A DNA stretch of 62,748 bases, the filler included, from Diploschistes diacapsis (lineage: Eukaryota): the NCBI GenBank assembly GCA_023645945.1. It is 7 parts of 7 records of this genome, joined end to end, with 100 filler letters (N's around TTAATTAATTAA, not from the genome) between each part and the next. Parts side by side here need not be neighbours in the genome. Positions count along the whole stretch, not along the records: positions 57,116 to 62,748 come from JALAIB010001508.1; 6 more parts are not named here. One strand, written 5' to 3'. Under the pieces are notes generated by a model, which did not search any database, had not been told where the DNA came from, and worked only from the letters and a program-made list of their open reading frames with translations. Below are positions 60,819-62,748 of this stretch, piece by piece. The stretch's first letter is position 1; every line of letters starts with the position of its first letter. Both the position numbers and the translations under genes were made by a program.

Positions 60819-61299
60819 GCGATGCGGGGTCTTAAATAAGGAAGATGGCGTGGTCAAGAAGTCGAAGGGTGCATACCGACCGGCCAGAGTACGGCGTATC
60901 TGAACTACAAGGCTGGGTGGGTGCTGAAAGACATGAAACAAAATGAAGCGAAAGATGGATATGCCTGATATCTCACCGTCGGCTCGATCATAACCGATTC
61001 CGAGCGTTGACTCTTTGGCCTGACTCCAATGTCGAGATTTACTAGGCTTTGTGTGCCTACTGTACTATAGCGGTCGGGATTCTTCTCCCACCAACAGCCA
61101 CCCGTAAATAGCCGAGGAAAGCTTCACAAAGACAGATACTTAAGGGACATCTGGTGTTCGAAGTTGTCGACTGGCAGGCCTCAAGCCGTCCGGTTGCCAA
61201 TATTGACTTTGTTCAAAATGTTTTCCTTGATGTGAACTATGAACTGTTTTGACATTTGGAAGTACAACTGCTGATAAGGATACTCACTTCTTTACTATC

Positions 61300-61520
61300 C
61301 GTCTCTCCAAGCCTACCTTTTTTCTATCTCTTCAAGCTTGCCATACTTCTTGTCCCTTGTTCTCGCCCCAAGCTTGTCACAATTCTTTTCAATTCTCCTT
61401 CTCTCCAAGCATGTCATACCACTTGTCGTGTCTTTTCTCTGAGCTTGCCATACTTCCTATTGTTTCTTCTCTCCGAAGGCTTGTCATACTTCTCTTCAAT
61501 TCTCTTCTCTCAAGCTGCTA
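61300..61520. repeat. Degenerate minisatellite with about a 36-bp period (core CAAGCTTGYCATAC)
   Basis: Cores at about 61333, 61369, 61406, 61440, 61476 and 61511. Confidence 0.8.
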
Positions 61521-62748
61521 TAATATCAAAGGTCTACTCTCTTTCATCAGCATGTCCGTCCAGGAGTTGATTGAAAACGGCTAACATCTTGATGCTTGAA
61601 GCGGAATCGCTACAGTTCTCTTTCTTGTGGGTAATGCCCTTGATAAACATCGGCCTCAACTCGAATAACCGCCAATTTTCATGAGTTTGATCTGACAGAA
61701 ATTGCACAACCCCCAGCATTGAATGTTAGATATCACAAGACCTTAGCTCTTGAACGAATCGCGGCTGGGAGTCCTTGTCAACTGAACCTGCACCCTTTCT
61801 GCTTAAAGTTCGTTACCCACTATCTTTACCGTCTTAGGTCTCTTTTCTGCACCTCTGTATTATTCTTAACGATATTTTGATAATCCGAGCAACCATCTCA
61901 GAGCCTTCCAGTGCGATACTTAAGTTTGATCGCCGTTTAAGGTTTGCATCAGGCTAGCATTTCACGATCCAGGTCTCATTACATCTTATTACAAGGGACT
62001 TAGTCGTAACTTATAGGTACGGAAGGCGGATATCTGAATTATCGTTTGAGATCAGGTAGACATTAATCTCCTTTCACTATCACTCATGCAACCTCGTCAC
62101 CATCTTTTAGCAACATGCCGCCTCTTTAGCCATTGCAGAAAGTAATCAAAACTCACTATTATTGTATAGCATCTTCACAGTTTGATTGGGTGGCTCAAGG
62201 ATCGCTCATGAGAAACCTATAGGATCTCCTATGGACTGCGAAGTCCCACCACCACTCCTCTCTTACTCCCAGAATATCACTAAACATTCCTTTCAGGCAC
62301 ATCGGGCACGAAGCAATCTCATCCGATCCCAACAGCATAGTCGTAGCCACCATGGCCGAGATCCCCACGAACGACTTCCGGAACCACCCGCGCTTGGAAA
62401 CCAGTCCTCAAGCCCCCCAACCCGCAGGATCGCTTCGCCCAGTCCATCGCGCCGGGGCGAGCCCTACGCCAAGTACGCCGCCACGATCTATGACCATTTC
62501 CACGACGCCGTCTCGAACCACCAGGAGGGTGTTATTGACCAAAAGCCAAGGGCGGCTTCGAGTCCCTCGTTTACGGATCCGGCCTCTTCCACCAGGGGCT
62601 AAAGAAAAAAAGGACGTCGCGGATCCGGACCGGCTGGCCTTTTGGAGCCCCGGGTACGCGAGTTCGCCACGGCAGCGAAGGCGGGAGCCTGATTTCCACT
62701 TATCGCGAAATAGTTTTGCGGAGCGCGCGAAGGGGGTGTGGCTGGGGG

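Noticed and set aside
62352..62748. Open frame from ATG 62352 to the window end
   Set aside because: GC-rich, low-complexity and truncated, with no motif to support a call.
1..62748. tRNA, rRNA or CRISPR arrays
   Set aside because: No cloverleaf or T-loop context, rRNA-like sequence or repeat-spacer array seen by eye; tRNAscan-SE and Infernal would be decisive.

Overview
Eukaryotic nuclear DNA from a filamentous ascomycete (Pezizomycotina), judged from short GT-AG introns with CTRAC/CTAAC branch sites and the gene set. The window is not one locus. It is seven contigs joined by six identical artificial 100-nt spacers (44 N + TTAATTAATTAA + 44 N): one segment of at least 28.3 kb, then six size-sorted contigs of about 5.6 kb. 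Adjacency across spacers has no biological meaning. Intact genes, several reconstructed by hand across introns: a partial DUF218/YOR238W-like gene, a PNUTS/Ppn1-like PP1 regulator with a hidden CCCH-finger exon, SLY1, a Crp1/Mdg1-family CBM protein with expanded repeats, alpha-COP, neutral ceramidase, a DHA1 MFS transporter, alanine aminotransferase with a hidden presequence exon, an orphan Cys-tagged protein, a partial secreted protein, a membrane-anchored GH79, RCF2, an MBD4-like glycosylase, a BC10/BLCAP-like gene and a four-exon TOM5. Decayed genes: an MscS-like channel, a HET-domain protein, an HNH_2 nuclease and a Cys-rich single-pass surface protein. There is also a RIP-mutated Ty3/Gypsy chromovirus remnant with LTR-like pieces. 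I found no convincing novel multi-gene system. The best leads are the PNUTS-like architecture, a structured TOM5 intron (candidate H/ACA RNA), the type II GH79 and the transposon-associated hairpin array. All family calls come from motif recognition by eye; no database searches were run.
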